A stretch of 64,000 nucleotides of DNA from the NCBI RefSeq assembly GCF_048593235.1, contig NC_133617.1, positions 15,257,607-15,321,606 on the forward strand, written 5' to 3'. Positions 23,476-37,359 of the stretch are shown piece by piece (the stretch's first letter is position 1; every line of letters starts with the position of its first letter). Source of the stretch: Sminthopsis crassicaudata (lineage: Eukaryota). The notes beneath the pieces were generated by a model. The model saw only the letters and a list, made by a program, of their open reading frames with translations. It was not told where the DNA came from and ran no database searches. Made by a program: the position numbers and the translations under genes.

Positions 23476-25900
23476 TAGAAATGCTCTTTCCATTATAACA
23501 GGCTGCTCTTGGTTTTGCAATTTTGGATTACTCTAAAATGACGGTAAAAATGACCATGTAAGGGGTTATTCCACACATTCCATTCCAGTCAGTGTAACTA
23601 CTGAATTTTTAGATATATTTGTCAAATCAGCCAATTAAAAGAATAAACTAGCTCTGAACAAGGCCCTGATAAAGAAGAGTGGGGCACTCCGACCATTGGA
23701 TGGAATCAGATGACACTACAGAGCTGATGCACTGGCTAAGAGAAGTAGATGCTTCAGGGGCCTGTGGATCTTCTGGCAGGCCTCAAGGATTTCAGCTCGA
23801 GCCCCTGTGTGTAACGTGCCCTCCTGGCAGTTACAGTTACTAGTCTGCCCTAGGCCCAACAGAGTACTTTTGACCACTGACCTTTGCAGTGTGAACTCTA
23901 CCCGGCTCGCCTCCTCTGAGGCCTTCAAAGGTCTCTGGCCACAATCTCTTGAATCTATAGTTTAATAACACACACAGCCAACCAGTGAGAGAGCCGTCAC
24001 CCATTATGAAGCTATCTCAATATGGCCAGGATCCCACCCACAGGGCAGTCCTATATCCACAGAGATTACTTCTGGGCATCAATCTCCTGTTGCGCTGTGC
24101 CCGCCCATTTAAAGGGCCCTTACACCTGTAGGCTGGTCTGGTGCTGGAGAAAGGAAGTATCCTTGGGGAAAGAGGCTGGAGTTCTCTCTCTTGCTCTCCC
24201 ACCTCCAAAAAAAAAGTCAAGGCAGAGGACAACCTTGTGACCTTTGGGCTTCCTTTCATCATCAGTAGCCGAGTCCTTGAAGGGGCAGTGGCTGACTGTC
24301 ATGTAGGCATTAGGAGCCTAGAGAAGTGAAGAGGATATACCAAGAAAAGGCAGTTGTAGTGTTCTCCACGGGCACTTATCCTGGGCCTCAGGGGACCATG
24401 CAAGATTTCCATGAAGGGAGAAAAGAGTTGCACTCATCAGGAGCTGGGAGTCACCTTCTTATTGCAGGTACTCTGAGCTTGAGCCCATTTTCCCTACAGA
24501 ACCATGTGGACTTGTGGGATTGTTTTTTGTACCTGTTGTCTCTTCTTCATCTGCTTAACAAGCATTCCCCTCTTCTCTCTCAGCTCTTCACGGTTATCCC
24601 TGGAGTCCGGAGAGTAGAAGGAGTAGCTGCAACTGGGGCGGGGGTCCCTGGCCCACCAATGTAATCAGGAATTGGAGATTTAGCCTTAGAGGGATGTTAC
24701 ATGTAGATGCATTTTCAGGATTTTAAGTCAGTCAAGATGAGATAGTGGAAAGTTAACTGGCTTGAGTTGGTAAAGATATGGATTAAAATCATGGTTTTAT
24801 AGGTTATAAGATATGTGATGGCATGGGCCATAGCAGCTCTCTGACCCCTGGTTTCCTTACATGCAAAGTAAGAGGAGAATTTTGGTACTGCCCAGTTCAT
24901 AGGGTCACTGGGAGGAAAGTACTTTGTTGACTTTACGTTGATGCTACTACTGTTAGCGCTATTACTGATATCTTGGGCTATTTGCCTGAAGAATCAGAAT
25001 ATTTCTGAAGTTATTCTTCACTTTAAAAAGCATGATTAATTTTGTTTTGTGATGTCATCAGTTCAATTATGCTTTTCACTTTGTTCAGTTGTTTCATGTT
25101 GAGTAAAAAATGGCACATTTGTCTTTTTCCTCCTTTCTCCAACCAGAGGTCATGGGCCATTTCTTGTGTGAAACCTCACAGCCTTCATCTTCCCTGGAAC
25201 ATGCTGTGTACATAAGAAATATTTGCTGACTTCAGTGGAAACTGAGTCATCTCTCCCAGGAATAAGAAATGATATAGCCCCTACCCAACCTAATTCAGTT
25301 CCTCCATGAACCTCTCAAGTATTTAATCATTCCAGGATACAAAAGAAACGGTGAAAGAGTTAATAAAAAACTAGATTACATTAAAAGGTCACAAATGTTT
25401 TTATTTATTATGGGATGGGGAGGATATGGAATACCCTGGATGAAACATTAATAACCCTTCTTTTCTGCAAGACCTATTGCTTTGAAACTTGTCTCTTGGC
25501 CCCACAGGGACTGTGAAACTGTGTTTTGGTGGTCTATAGGAGAGGTTAAGTTTTGGCAAATGTAGGTGAATGATGTCATTGAATGCATAACATATGTATG
25601 GAGAGTGAATAAATACTCCTCACACTGCAATATACAGCCAGATGTATGTGCGGGAATGGAAAAATCATCTTTCTGAAAAAAGAATGTTCTGTCCTGAGCC
25701 TGATCAGATCACCAGTAGCTGCCAAGTAGGAATACTCCCCACAAGTTTTTTTCTCTCCTTAATTCTCCTGTTTCCGGTCTTTTGTGGCTCTGCAGACTAG
25801 TCCATTCAGAAGGCCTTATTCAGCATGTACTTTCTGTTTGTAGAAGATGAATACAGAATGAAACCCTCAGTTTCTCTTAAAGTTAAACTCTAGGACTTTA

Positions 25901-26072
25901 NNNNNNNNNNNNNNNNNNNNNNNNNNNNNNNNNNNNNNNNNNNNNNNNNNNNNNNNNNNNNNNNNNNNNNNNNNNNNNNNNNNNNNNNNNNNNNNNNNNN
26001 NNNNNNNNNNNNNNNNNNNNNNNNNNNNNNNNNNNNNNNNNNNNNNNNNNNNNNNNNNNNNNNNNNNNNNNN
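25901..26072. other. Assembly gap (172 N)
   Basis: N run; adjoins a (CTA)n microsatellite. Confidence 1.
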
Positions 26073-26096
26073 TACTACTACTCCTACTACTACTAT

Positions 26097-26167
<71 letters not shown>

Positions 26168-26240
26168 CTGCTACTGCTACTACTACTTCTCCTCCTCCTC
26201 TTCCTCCTTCTCTTCCTTCTCCTCCTCCTCCTCCTACTAC
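26073..26240. repeat. Compound trinucleotide microsatellite (CTA)n-(CTC/CTT)n
   Basis: Read directly. It produces the poly-S, poly-V and poly-R ORFs 25867..26307 and 25890..26288. Confidence 0.95.
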
Positions 26241-26838
26241 ATGTATATAAAATGTTCCCTTCACGGTGACAGAGCACTTTATACACATTCTCTCTTTGGA
26301 TCAGCACAGTAGTGCTATATTTATTATTAGATATTATTCTATGAAGGAAGATATTATTAATCTTATTTTACAAATGTATAAATTGAGGTTTAGCATTCAA
26401 GTGACTTGCCCAAACTCTCATGATTAGCAAGTGGCAGAAGCAGGCCCTCGTCTTTTTATCTGCTGACTTTCTGGAGAAAATGATTAACGGATTCTGCTCA
26501 CTTGCCAAGTCATCTTTTTTGTCAGTGGATTAGAGTTACTTAGATTAACTCTTACTTCTAGCAATTATTTCATTTATTTATATATCCGAGAGTATATTTT
26601 TGTTGTTTGTAATTATTTTCATTTCTCTTTAACACAATATGTCCTAATGATCTGATAATGGATATTCCAAATAGAAAAAAGCACTCTTTCATTTTTTTTT
26701 GTTATTAGTATGCTACTGAATAGAATAAGAATCAGATTTATTTTTCTTAAATTCGCATATATTTAGCCTCAGAATACCAAGACACATAATCTTATCAACA
26801 GAGGCTAACTCACATAAAGTTGAGTAAGTCTGATAAAA

Positions 26839-26840
<2 letters not shown>

Positions 26841-26904
<64 letters not shown>
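26841..26904. repeat. Perfect (AT)32 microsatellite
   Basis: Read directly. Confidence 0.97.
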
Positions 26905-26907
<3 letters not shown>

Positions 26908-28289
26908 CAAGGAAACTGAGACTCAGAAAAGAAAATGTGACTTGTCTGAGATCGTGAAGACCATAAATGGCTGAAAAATCAGACTCAAATATGGGACTTT
27001 TTTCCCCTAAGAGTGAGTGTAAAGCCCCAAATCCACTTTATTGGTCATGTGATGTTGGGAAGGTAACTTCATCCCTATTGAGTCTCATTGTCTTCATGCA
27101 TGACCATCTATGAGCTGAATTAGAAGGAGCCTTCGAGATCATCCAAGTGTTGCACCCACTGCCTGAACCAGAATCTCCTTCTCAGGGTAGCCATCCCTGC
27201 TTCCCCACTCCATGGTGTCCTTAGAAGGAAGGGGGCTTTTAAACTCTAGCAGAGGGTCTTCCTTGCCACTTGGATGGGCTTTCCCAGAGGCTGACCTTCA
27301 TGAGAACTTTTGAATGCCATGCCACTTGGCCAATGTGGACGTGCCCCTTGGTACCCCAAGAACTCTCCTGATGAACTGTAATAGTGGGAGGCTTTCTGCA
27401 CTTGAAGCACCAGTCTGCCTCTCTGCAGCTTCTTCCCATTGTTCCTGCTTCTATTTTACAAGGCCAAGGAGAAAGTTATCACTCTTCCATGTCAGAGCTC
27501 TTCAGATACTCGTATAAAGATTCCCCACCCCCAAGCCCTTTAGAGCATGTACAGATATTTTCTGCTAGGCCCTCCGGGGGCCTAAAAGAAATCTGATCAT
27601 ATGATAGCCCCTTCCTGCTTCCAGATGTGTATGACTCATCACCGACCGGTTATCGAGTAAGAAACGGCGGATGCGCTGGGGTGCTCTGCCGGGGAGGAGA
27701 GGTAGCTTCAGGTGAGCAGGCAGCAGGATGGGATGTCCGCCACTGGTGGAGAAGGAGGCTCCTGGCTATCCTGACATGTGGTGATGGCAGCTCCCCACGG
27801 GAGCTGGGCTTGCACCAGGGTCTCCATCACCTCTCTGGTTTTAGCCCTGACCTTTTGGGCATCCTAAGGTCCTAGAAGGCCGCCGCAGCACCAGCAACAG
27901 TTGGGAGATCAGGGTGACTGGAGCAGACTGGTGCAAGGACATCCTCGAGACACCAGGAAGGATGGTGAGTGGAAAGGGATCAGATTGTCTTGGGTACCTG
28001 TGAAATGTAAGGCGGCTCTTTAGTAGCCTTGCACATAAGCTGTGTCTCACCAGGCTTGACTCTTGGCCTCCCAACTGAGTGACTGTCGTGGGCCTCCTCC
28101 CTTTCACCAGAATGAAGGTGAGGCTGACTCCCTTCTCCCCTTCCTTATTTTTCTGTAGATTTCTCCCTGCTCATCCAGATCATGGGAAGACTGAGCTCTT
28201 CCAGCCCGCCTTCCCTTTTCTTCTCTGCCTATCCCTTTCCTCTCTTTTTAAGATCACCAAAACATAACAAAACTATTCCCAGACCTCGC

Positions 28290-29760
28290 ATCTTATTTGC
28301 TCACTCTATTACCCCTGATGACATTAGGGTTCTGAGGGAATATTTGTATCACATTTCCTCTGCTTGTTTGATTGCAAACACTTCATCCTTGAGTAGTCCC
28401 TTTCAATTACTTACTCCTATTTACTTTTTTGTGTTTTTTCTTGACTTGTGTTTGTATTTCACAGCTTCTACTCAGCTCTGATCTTTTTATCAGGGATGCT
28501 CTATTTCCTATGAGGTCTATATTTCATTAAAGTTATATATTTTTCTGCTATAGAATTATATTCAGTTTTGCTGGATAAATTATTCTTAGTTGCAAACCTG
28601 TATCTTTTACCTTTGGGTATAATATATTCAGCGCTCCACTCCATTATAATAATAATTGCAAAATCTTGCATGCTTCTCACTATAGTTTCTTTCTGGTTAC
28701 TGATGGTATTTTTCTTTGACTTGGAAGCCTTGGATTTTGGCTATGATGTTCTGAGAGTTTTTATTTTGGAGTTTCTTTCAGGAGATGATTGGTGGATTCT
28801 TTTCATTGTACTTTGTCCTTTTTGTTCTGATGGGTCTGGGCAGTTGTGTTTATGATAAAAGATATCTTTTAATATATATTTAAAATTTTTTTTCATTCTT
28901 TTGACTCTTAATATTTCTTATTGTCCCGGAGGATAATGAATTAACTTCATAGTTATTTTTAATTTTTAAGGCATCTATTACTTAGCTAAGATTTATTATA
29001 CCTCAGCTGTTAATTCTCTTCCTAAGTCTCTCTTGTAGTGCTATCATTTCTTTCCTAAATCTTTCCTTTAATTAACTCATTTCATTTATAACATTAAAAT
29101 ATCTTTCTATATTTCTTATAGGAATTTAAACTGACTTTGTGTCCAAACTTAGAGGCTTTGCTTGTAGGTACTTTAGAGTTATTTTCCTTTGCTGTTTTAG
29201 ACATTCCCACCTTATTATTTACTTATGGTGGGAATTTTCTTATGTCCAGGATACTGCAAACTATCCTTGAATCCCACGGGATCTAATCAGAGGCACCGTT
29301 TGATTGATGCTTTCCTGGACTTCCCAGGACCCAGATCCAGGTTTTGGGTCTAGCTGACATAGCTGCAGACTTTGCCATGGGTGGAGATCCAGTGGAGAAT
29401 CATTTGTCCCACTCAGCTGTCAGCTAGGTGAAAGACTTAATAAGACAGAATAATAGAACTCTTGGTTTGAGGACCACAGTATATGTTCCTGTTTTGAGCC
29501 TGGTAGCTGAGGTGCTGTGGTCTTCCTTTGAGGTCAGAATGACAGCCCTGTGTTCCTGGTCTGCCCCTGGAGAGCTTCTTCTATCGTCCTGACTCACTAC
29601 CTGGTCTGGCTGCTAACCTGATCTGTGATCTTTGGTTAGAAAAATAAGCACCCGTGCTTTGCCCTGAGGTTCCCCATTCACTATGAGGTTTTGCACTCCC
29701 CTTCTTAGATTCTTGTTGAAGGAGCCTTGGGGGAGCTCTGCTCAACAGCCTCCTCCTACT
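28290..29760 (-). mobile_element. Old L1, ORF1 and 5' region (antisense)
   Basis: ctttgggtataatatattcagcgctcc...ttggctatgatgttctgagagtttttattttggagtttctttcaggagatgattggtggattctt matches the antisense marsupial L1 ORF1 pattern. Confidence 0.75.
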
Positions 29761-30461
29761 CCATCTTTCCCCAGTCTCTTCTTCCTGACTATTCTGGTTA
29801 CGACAAGGTTTTGGATTTCGTTCTAATCATTCTGTGATCCTTGTCACCCAGCATTCCGTTTTCTACATAGGAATAAACTCCTTTTTCTCTTATTAATGTT
29901 TGTGCACTGCCTACGTCGGCACTCCCCTGCCCACTTCCCTCTCTAGTCTTCCAGCTCTAACCATTTCTGTCTTTAGCAGTCACGAGGGCCTCTGCCTCAG
30001 TTTGTAAGGAGGAGATGATGACAGCACCTGTGTCAGCCTTGTTATGGGGCCAAATGAGATCATATTTGTGCAAACTTTAAAGGGAAATACAAATGTTAGC
30101 TATTGTGATAATTACCTAGCAGCTTGTCAATGGCCTTCCCAAAATGCGGTAGCAGGGCAGGGAACTGCAGGCTCATCATTCTGTAGTTTGAACTCGTCTT
30201 AAAAGGCTGAACCATGTGCTGGGGAGCGCTCCGTCCTCTTAATCCCTTTGATCTTTTCCAAAGGAAATACTGTCTGCTTGTGCCTCTTCCATCCTGTATT
30301 TGTGCAGTCGTGAGATCCACGGAAATCTTTCCTTAAAATAGCGGTATCTTATTAAATTTTCTAAATAACAAAACTATAAAGCAAATCACAGCATATAAGA
30401 TGCCCTGTGGGAATGATACTTTTATTTATAATAAATCTTTTAGAATTGGAAATATTTAATC

Positions 30462-30525
30462 CCTCTCTGTCTCTCTCTGTCTCTGTCTGTCTCTGTTCTC
30501 TCTGTCTCTCTGTCTCTCTCTCTCA
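30462..30525. repeat. (CT)/(CTGT) microsatellite
   Basis: Read directly. Confidence 0.85.
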
Positions 30526-32459
30526 GCTAATGATATTTTGGACCAGTTCTGTGTGTCTAAGAATATCTGTAAAATTGTGTCAAAGTAACAATACTTCTTG
30601 ATGTACATCTTTCCATCTCGAAGAAGTAGTTCAAAGAAGATATCTAGGGAAGAATTGGGAATGTTGTTGGAAACTCTATTTTTTATTATCAAGGTAAGTG
30701 TACAATTAATATTTTTATTCAACACATTTAAGGTCAGCATGCTACACAGTATCAAAAACATATGTTGTTTTATTGCTCTGTATATATTAAAGATCAGAGT
30801 CTATAAATGTAGCAAGTATAACAAATTATTGATTTACATGAGTCTATTGACTGAGTTGTAGTTATGAGTGCAGAATTGGAGAAGATCATCATTCCACTAT
30901 TGATCCGCACTTTAACCTGTTCAGTTTTTTCATGATACAGACTTTACGTGAAATGTTTCTTTCTGAAGCATGAAATCAGAATGGGGCTAGCCAGGCGAGC
31001 AAGCGCTTGAAATAGGCCATTGGTTTTGTAACTTCTAATCTCTGGATCACCGCACTGAAGTCATCACGGGCTGGTATTGACTGAAACCGACCGCTATTTG
31101 TTGTCATTTATTAATTTGTCCTGTCTCTTTTCCATTATTAACATCTGGGTGGTTCTTAGCTTTTAAAATGGTAGCTCTTGCTTATGGCACGCAGTACAAG
31201 AGACAATATTAAACATGGGAAACATTTGCTCAGAGAAATTCTAAAACACATATCAAATCAACAGCTATCGAGTCCCTGCCATGTGCGAGGCGGCACGGGG
31301 GCACCAGCGAAGCGAGCCTGAGGTGTAGAGTACTGACGGTGGTTAGAGACAAGGGGCAGAATAGGTTTCTTGTGATGAGGAGCACTTCGGGCCTTTTCGA
31401 GAAAAGAGCCAGCGCGCATTCTCATCTAGCATTGACGTCTACAGTCAGAGGGTACAGATTGACTTAAGTACAGCAAGTAAGCACTAAGAGAGTCCCTTTC
31501 ATCACAAGACTGACCCCTTCCCCCTCACCTTTGTCTGATGTTGTTGAACTATGAAAAGAACACCAGCATCATTCTGAGGCGGTGGAATGACAAGATTGAT
31601 TACCTTATTGTCCTAACATTGTGGAAAACTGCCTTTGAGCTCTCTTGAGGATTGCCTTTTTAATTTATTTAAAAAGAATAGAGATTTATTGGGAGGGTAA
31701 TCTGTATAAATTATGTGGTCTGGCTAGCCAGTAAGTGCTAGAAACAAACTCAAGCCGTAGTCTTCCCTAACCCAGTGATGATGTAGAGTGATACCGTGGA
31801 AAGGGACGGGGTGCTTCGTGAAAGACATAGATGCTTTCATTTGATTTAATGTTATTGGGTGAATTTTCAAGGATTTAGTCCCTCACCAAAATTAGTAAAG
31901 CCATTTTGTTTTCCTTGTTTGCTTTGGTCCCATAGACCTTGATAAAGTACCAGGCCTTTTCTGAGGCTGGGGGAAGTATCCAGCAGTTGTAAAACTGAAC
32001 ATCAATATGTGTGCCCAATATCAAGCCAATTCTAGATGGGTCGGGAGAATTTTCCCAATTACATTTTCTAATATTTGAGAGATGATATTAAAAATAAAAG
32101 GAATAGGGTGTAAAAATAACCCTCTATTATTCGGAAGGCAGGGGGCTGCATTAGTATGAATTGGTTGTGCCCTTGAAGGGATTGACTATGAGTTTCTTAT
32201 TTCTTCTTTATCAGGGTCTAACAATAATCATTAATGTGTGAAAGTTGTTATTGTGGATCTTGTAGAAAGATAAGAATAAATCTCCACATCCACACATATT
32301 TCAGTCCTGGTGTTACCAGAACTACAGGGAGAGGGGAATTCCTTTCTTTTTTCAACTAGTGGTTGAATCTGCTGCATTCTAAACAGTTTTTTGGGGGGGT
32401 CAGACCTCCTGGGATCTTATGGATTTGGGGTTTACCATGCCTTCAAAGCTGAGCCCTGA

Positions 32460-32794
32460 NNNNNNNNNNNNNNNNNNNNNNNNNNNNNNNNNNNNNNNNN
32501 NNNNNNNNNNNNNNNNNNNNNNNNNNNNNNNNNNNNNNNNNNNNNNNNNNNNNNNNNNNNNNNNNNNNNNNNNNNNNNNNNNNNNNNNNNNNNNNNNNNN
32601 NNNNNNNNNNNNNNNNNNNNNNNNNNNNNNNNNNNNNNNNNNNNNNNNNNNNNNNNNNNNNNNNNNNNNNNNNNNNNNNNNNNNNNNNNNNNNNNNNNNN
32701 NNNNNNNNNNNNNNNNNNNNNNNNNNNNNNNNNNNNNNNNNNNNNNNNNNNNNNNNNNNNNNNNNNNNNNNNNNNNNNNNNNNNNNNNNNNNNN
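32460..32794. other. Assembly gap (335 N)
   Basis: N run. Confidence 1.
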
Positions 32795-33764
32795 GCTTAG
32801 GTGAACTTTTGGTTCAATTAACAAACATTTATTAATTGTCCCAGTTTCAAGTACTGGGGATGCAAAGGAAAGAAGGAAATATTTTGTATCCTCAAAGAAA
32901 CATTCTATTTTAATGGGAGAGATGTCACGTGTAAATATGTACCAAATACATACAAAATTAATAAAGGGAGTTTAGGAGGGAGGCCACTAGTAGGAAGATC
33001 ATGAAAGGCTTTCTTCAGAAGATGTTTTTGACTATCAGTGAAACTTCCGAGCTCATGGATTAACAAGGGATTCCTTAGCTCAAGCCCATACTAGCTTATC
33101 AATGATAACTTCTGTAATTCAAAAATAGGATCCTTAACAGTCATTCTAAACCTCTAAGCTTTGGCTATTTCAGTGAGGAAGATGATGTCACTGAATCGAC
33201 TGTTGTAGATCCACTTTGACATGTCCATGTGTGTACCCAGTGAAAAAAAAAGGGGAAGAACATGGTGACATCACAGCAAGCCTTTCTTCTTCTGTTCAAC
33301 TCCAGGAAGAGATGTCAGTAAAAACCAAGGGGCTGCTCTCATGTGGACGGAGAGAGGAAATGGAGGGTTGGAGCTCCAAGAGAAAAATTCCAGAAGTCCT
33401 GCCTGCTACTTGTGGTTGGACTAGATCATATGCTACCATATGCTACTTGATATATAGTCAAGTCACAGCCACCTGGAAAAAAAAAGTCGGAAAAGGGACA
33501 GCTGACCCCAATTAAGTCAACTCTTCATGGACAGGCTACAGTATTGAATTAAGATTCAAAAATGGGAAATCACCTCCACCCGCATAGCTTCCCTAAACCC
33601 TGGGTCCATTAGGGAAGATTCTTGGATTGGCATGACCTCAGCGGGAGAAGGAGGAGTTGTTCTGTAATTCCTTCTCTCCACTTCAAACAGAAAGACGATA
33701 TTAGCTGTTGATCCTCACATTACTAAGAATGGAAGAAACTTAGAATGGAGCAATCATATTTTTT

Positions 33765-33945
33765 CTTAAATCAGTTTTCATGACTAATGTGGAAATATGT
33801 TTAATATCATTATACATGTATAGCATATCAGATTGTTTGCCATCTTGAAGAAGGGGGAGTGAAAGGAAGGAAAAAATTTAGAACTCAAAATCTTATAATA
33901 AATAAATGTTTTTAAAAAATCTTTTTACATTTAATTGGAAAAATT
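33765..33945 (+). mobile_element. L1 3' terminus fragment (sense)
   Basis: tgactaatgtggaaatatgtttaatatcattatacatgtatagc...aaaaaatttagaactcaaaatctta...taattggaaaaa. Confidence 0.75.
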
Positions 33946-34074
33946 AGAAAGTGGAAGAAAAGTTTTTATTGGATATATTTTATATTTTTACATCACCATA
34001 ATTCTCTCCAGTATTCTCTCCTTCTCTTCCTCCCAGAGAGCTAAACAGTATAACACATAGCATTTTTTCTACTT

Positions 34075-35240
34075 AATCGTATTTTATTTTTTCCAATTAC
34101 ATATAAAGATACATTTTAACATTTACTTTAAAAATAATAGCCTTTTATTTTCAAAGTATATGCAAAGATAGTTTTCAACATTCACTCTTGTAAAACCTTG
34201 TGTTCCAATTTTTTCTCTCCTTTCTCCCACCCCTTCCTCTAGATAGCAAGTAATCTATGTTAAACATGTGTAATTTTTCTATATGTATATTTCCACATTT
34301 ATCATGATATACAAGAAAAATCAATCAAAAAGGAAAAAATGAGAAAGAAAACAAAAAGCAAGCAAACAACAACGAAGATGTGAAAATAACTATGTTGTGA
34401 TCCACACTCAGTCCCCACAGTCATCTCTCTGGGTACAGATGGCTCTCTTCAGTACAAGTCTATTGGAATTGGCCTGAATCACCTCATTATTGAAAAGTCA
34501 CATCCATCAGAACTGATCATCACTTATTCTTGTTGCTCTGTACAATATTCTCTTGGTTCTGCTCACTTCACCCAGCATCAGTTCATGCCAGTCTCTCCAG
34601 GCCTTTCTGAAATCATCCTGCTGATCATTTCTTATAGACAATATATTCCATTACCTTCATATACTGTAATTTAATCAGCCATTCCACAAGTAATGGGCAT
34701 CCATTCACTTTCCAACTCCTTGCTGCTACAAAAAAGGGCTGCTGCAAATATTTTTGCACATGTGTGTCCTTTCCCCCTTTTTCTTCTCTCTTTGGGATAC
34801 AGACCCAGTAGAGACACTGCTGGATCAAAGGGTATGCACAGTTCGATAGCCCTTTTGACATAATTCCAAATTGTTCTTCAGAATGGTTGGATCAGTTCAC
34901 AACTTCACTAACAACGCATTAGAGTTCCAGTTTTCCCACAGTCCCTCCAACATTTATCATTATCTTTTCCTGTCTTCTTAGCCAATTTGAGAGGTATTTA
35001 GGGATACTTCAGAGTTTAACATTTACTTGCATAAGATTTTGAGTTTCACATTTTTTTTCTTTTCTTCCTCCCCACCTCCTCCCCAAGATGGAAAGGAATT
35101 ATACATGTGAAATTCTATTAAATGTATTTCCACAGTGCATGTTTTGAAAGAAGAATCAGAACAAAAGGGACAAATCACAAGAAAGAAAAAAAATGATCTG
35201 CATTCAGACTTCATTAATTTTTTCTTGGGAACATATTACA
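34075..35240 (-). mobile_element. Cluster of antisense L1 3' fragments (main copy about 34130-35017)
   Basis: ORF 34625..34861(-) gives the L1 ORF2 C-terminus (FFVAARSWKVNGCP..EWLIKL.YMKVMEY). The 3' UTR is homologous to 6699-7448. Confidence 0.88.
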
Positions 35241-35869
35241 TTTTTAAAGAAAAAGAAGATTAAAAAACATTGACATAATTGATCCATTCATGAAAAAAGG
35301 CTGAAGATTGTAACGTGCTGTTGTCTCCAGAAGCTGCCAATTGCTCTCTGGGAGGAGATCTGCTGTGTCAACTCAAATCTCTCCGACAGATTCTTCTTCC
35401 TGTAGAGAACCATTGTCTTCAGATAGTTGCCATTAACTCTCGTCCAGAGAAGTGATTTCTCTTCCTGCAGAGAGCCGCCTCAAGTCTGGTCTAGAGCAAA
35501 GACTCCCTTTTCCTCCAGAGCTGCCCTCTTTTATCCTCCCAGAGAATGGGCGTGGGATAATGCAAGGGCTTCTGGGAAAAATTACTTCAACCAATGAACT
35601 TGCTCCTCCTAAGCATGCAAGCTCCTCCCCTAGGAATTCACAAGTAAAACTCTCAGTAAAGACCAAAGGCTGGAACTAGAGAATTGTTAAGTACCGACTT
35701 AGCACTTAGTAAGAACCTAATATCTCATTATCTCATTAGCACTTAGCAAGAACCTAACAGAAGACCACACATTCTGTGTTTGCACACCTCTTACCTCTGC
35801 AAAGAATGAAGTGGGAGGGACTTCTCATTTTCCTTCTTCCAAGTTTTACTGGTTTTTTATAATTTTACA

Positions 35870-36065
35870 ATCACTTGGTTTTTTTTGGTGGTGCATCGTT
35901 GTAGTCATTTTGTATCTCTTATACAGTTGTATTATATTACTTCCTTGGCTCTGTATCAGTTCATGTATCTCTTTCCTTGTATCTGTGTATTCATCACAAT
36001 CATCATTTATTACAGCACAGTAATATTCCTTGATATTCATCTACTGCAATTTGTTTAGTCATTCC
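35870..36065 (-). mobile_element. Old L1 3' fragment
   Basis: ORF 35846..36040(-) begins MNIKEYYCAVINDDCDEY.DT.KEIHELIQS, which resembles the L1 ORF2 C-terminus. Confidence 0.7.
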
Positions 36066-37359
36066 CAGGATGCATTTACAAAGGTGTTAATTATTAGCTC
36101 TGACATTATAGCGGGAGCTAGGGACATCTCATAATATTGCTCTACTTGGTGGGTTGGTGATACCCACATTATCATAGTCACCGCATAAAAAATATTGCTT
36201 GTCTAATTGCCAATAAATTTGTAAGTCAGGTCTTCTAGAGATGAAAGGAAAAGAAATTCCCTGATGATGGACAAAAGAGCAAGAGAAAAGGGAGATCCTT
36301 CATACTCTCCCAGTCAGAAACATCCTCAGAAAGCATAGATGGAAAAAGTCATTGTACCTCCTTTATACGTGAGGGAGGATGGGTTCCACTGAAATCATCC
36401 ACACAGTTATCCCAGTCTTCGTGCTCCTCAAAGACTACGTTCACGGTCTCAGCAGGATGCTTCAAAGAGCACATGACACCATCCCAATTTAGAGCCATAG
36501 AACAGGGTTTTTTTTTTTTGACACTGATATCATTGTGGGTCATTCTTCATACTCACATGTTCCCTGAAAGTGTCTCCTCTCTTGGGGGCTAGCTTTCTGT
36601 AGCTTTCTGCGCTTATATTGGTCCACAAAGTGTCTTTCTGTTCTATATAGATGCATGGTTTCCTGTTGGTCCTTTCTCTCAAATGACATAGTCCTTGGTG
36701 AGAACAAGAGTTAGAGGGAAACCTCTCTCCTCTCCCCAGGGCGATGGGGGGGTCACCTTGAGGGTCCTTTGTGCCAGCTCTGGAGCCTACTCCTTAGCTT
36801 TGGAACATGGAGTTTGATGCTGAGAGTCTATTAACTAATGAGCTTTACCCAGATTTAGAGGCTCATATCCAAAGAAATCACTAAGTGGAAAACATTGTGT
36901 GACACAATTACAGTTTTTCCACTGTCCCTACATTGATTAAATTATATTAATTGAAGAAAGTGTATGATCCTCTCCCTGCCCCCCCACCCAAATCCTGAGT
37001 TTGTCTTACAGTGTAAGTCCTCTGTTTCAACATTAGTCAAAGGACAAAGAGGGCATCTTCTTTAAGATCTACGTCAGTTAAATCCAGTTATCTAAACTTG
37101 TAATGTTCTAGGTCATAAACCCCCACCGCCTTCAGATCAGCAGGGATGCTTTCGCAAATGCATCAAATACTGGTTATCACCACTGCCGATGTTTCTCCAG
37201 ATGATCAGGCAACAGGATAAGTTTATAATACTCCTCCAAATTCTAATGACCAGGACTCATAGATAAAGCGGATCAAACTGGACCAGCTGCTGAATGCTAC
37301 ATCCTAGAATCTTCTCGGATACTATGAATCCTGAGGTCTTTTGGCCCCAGTCTGAGAGT

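Noticed and set aside
36349-36543. ORF ...HPAETVNVVFEEHEDWDNCVDDF... as a pseudogene or exon
   Set aside because: I recall no homology, and the splice signals are weak.
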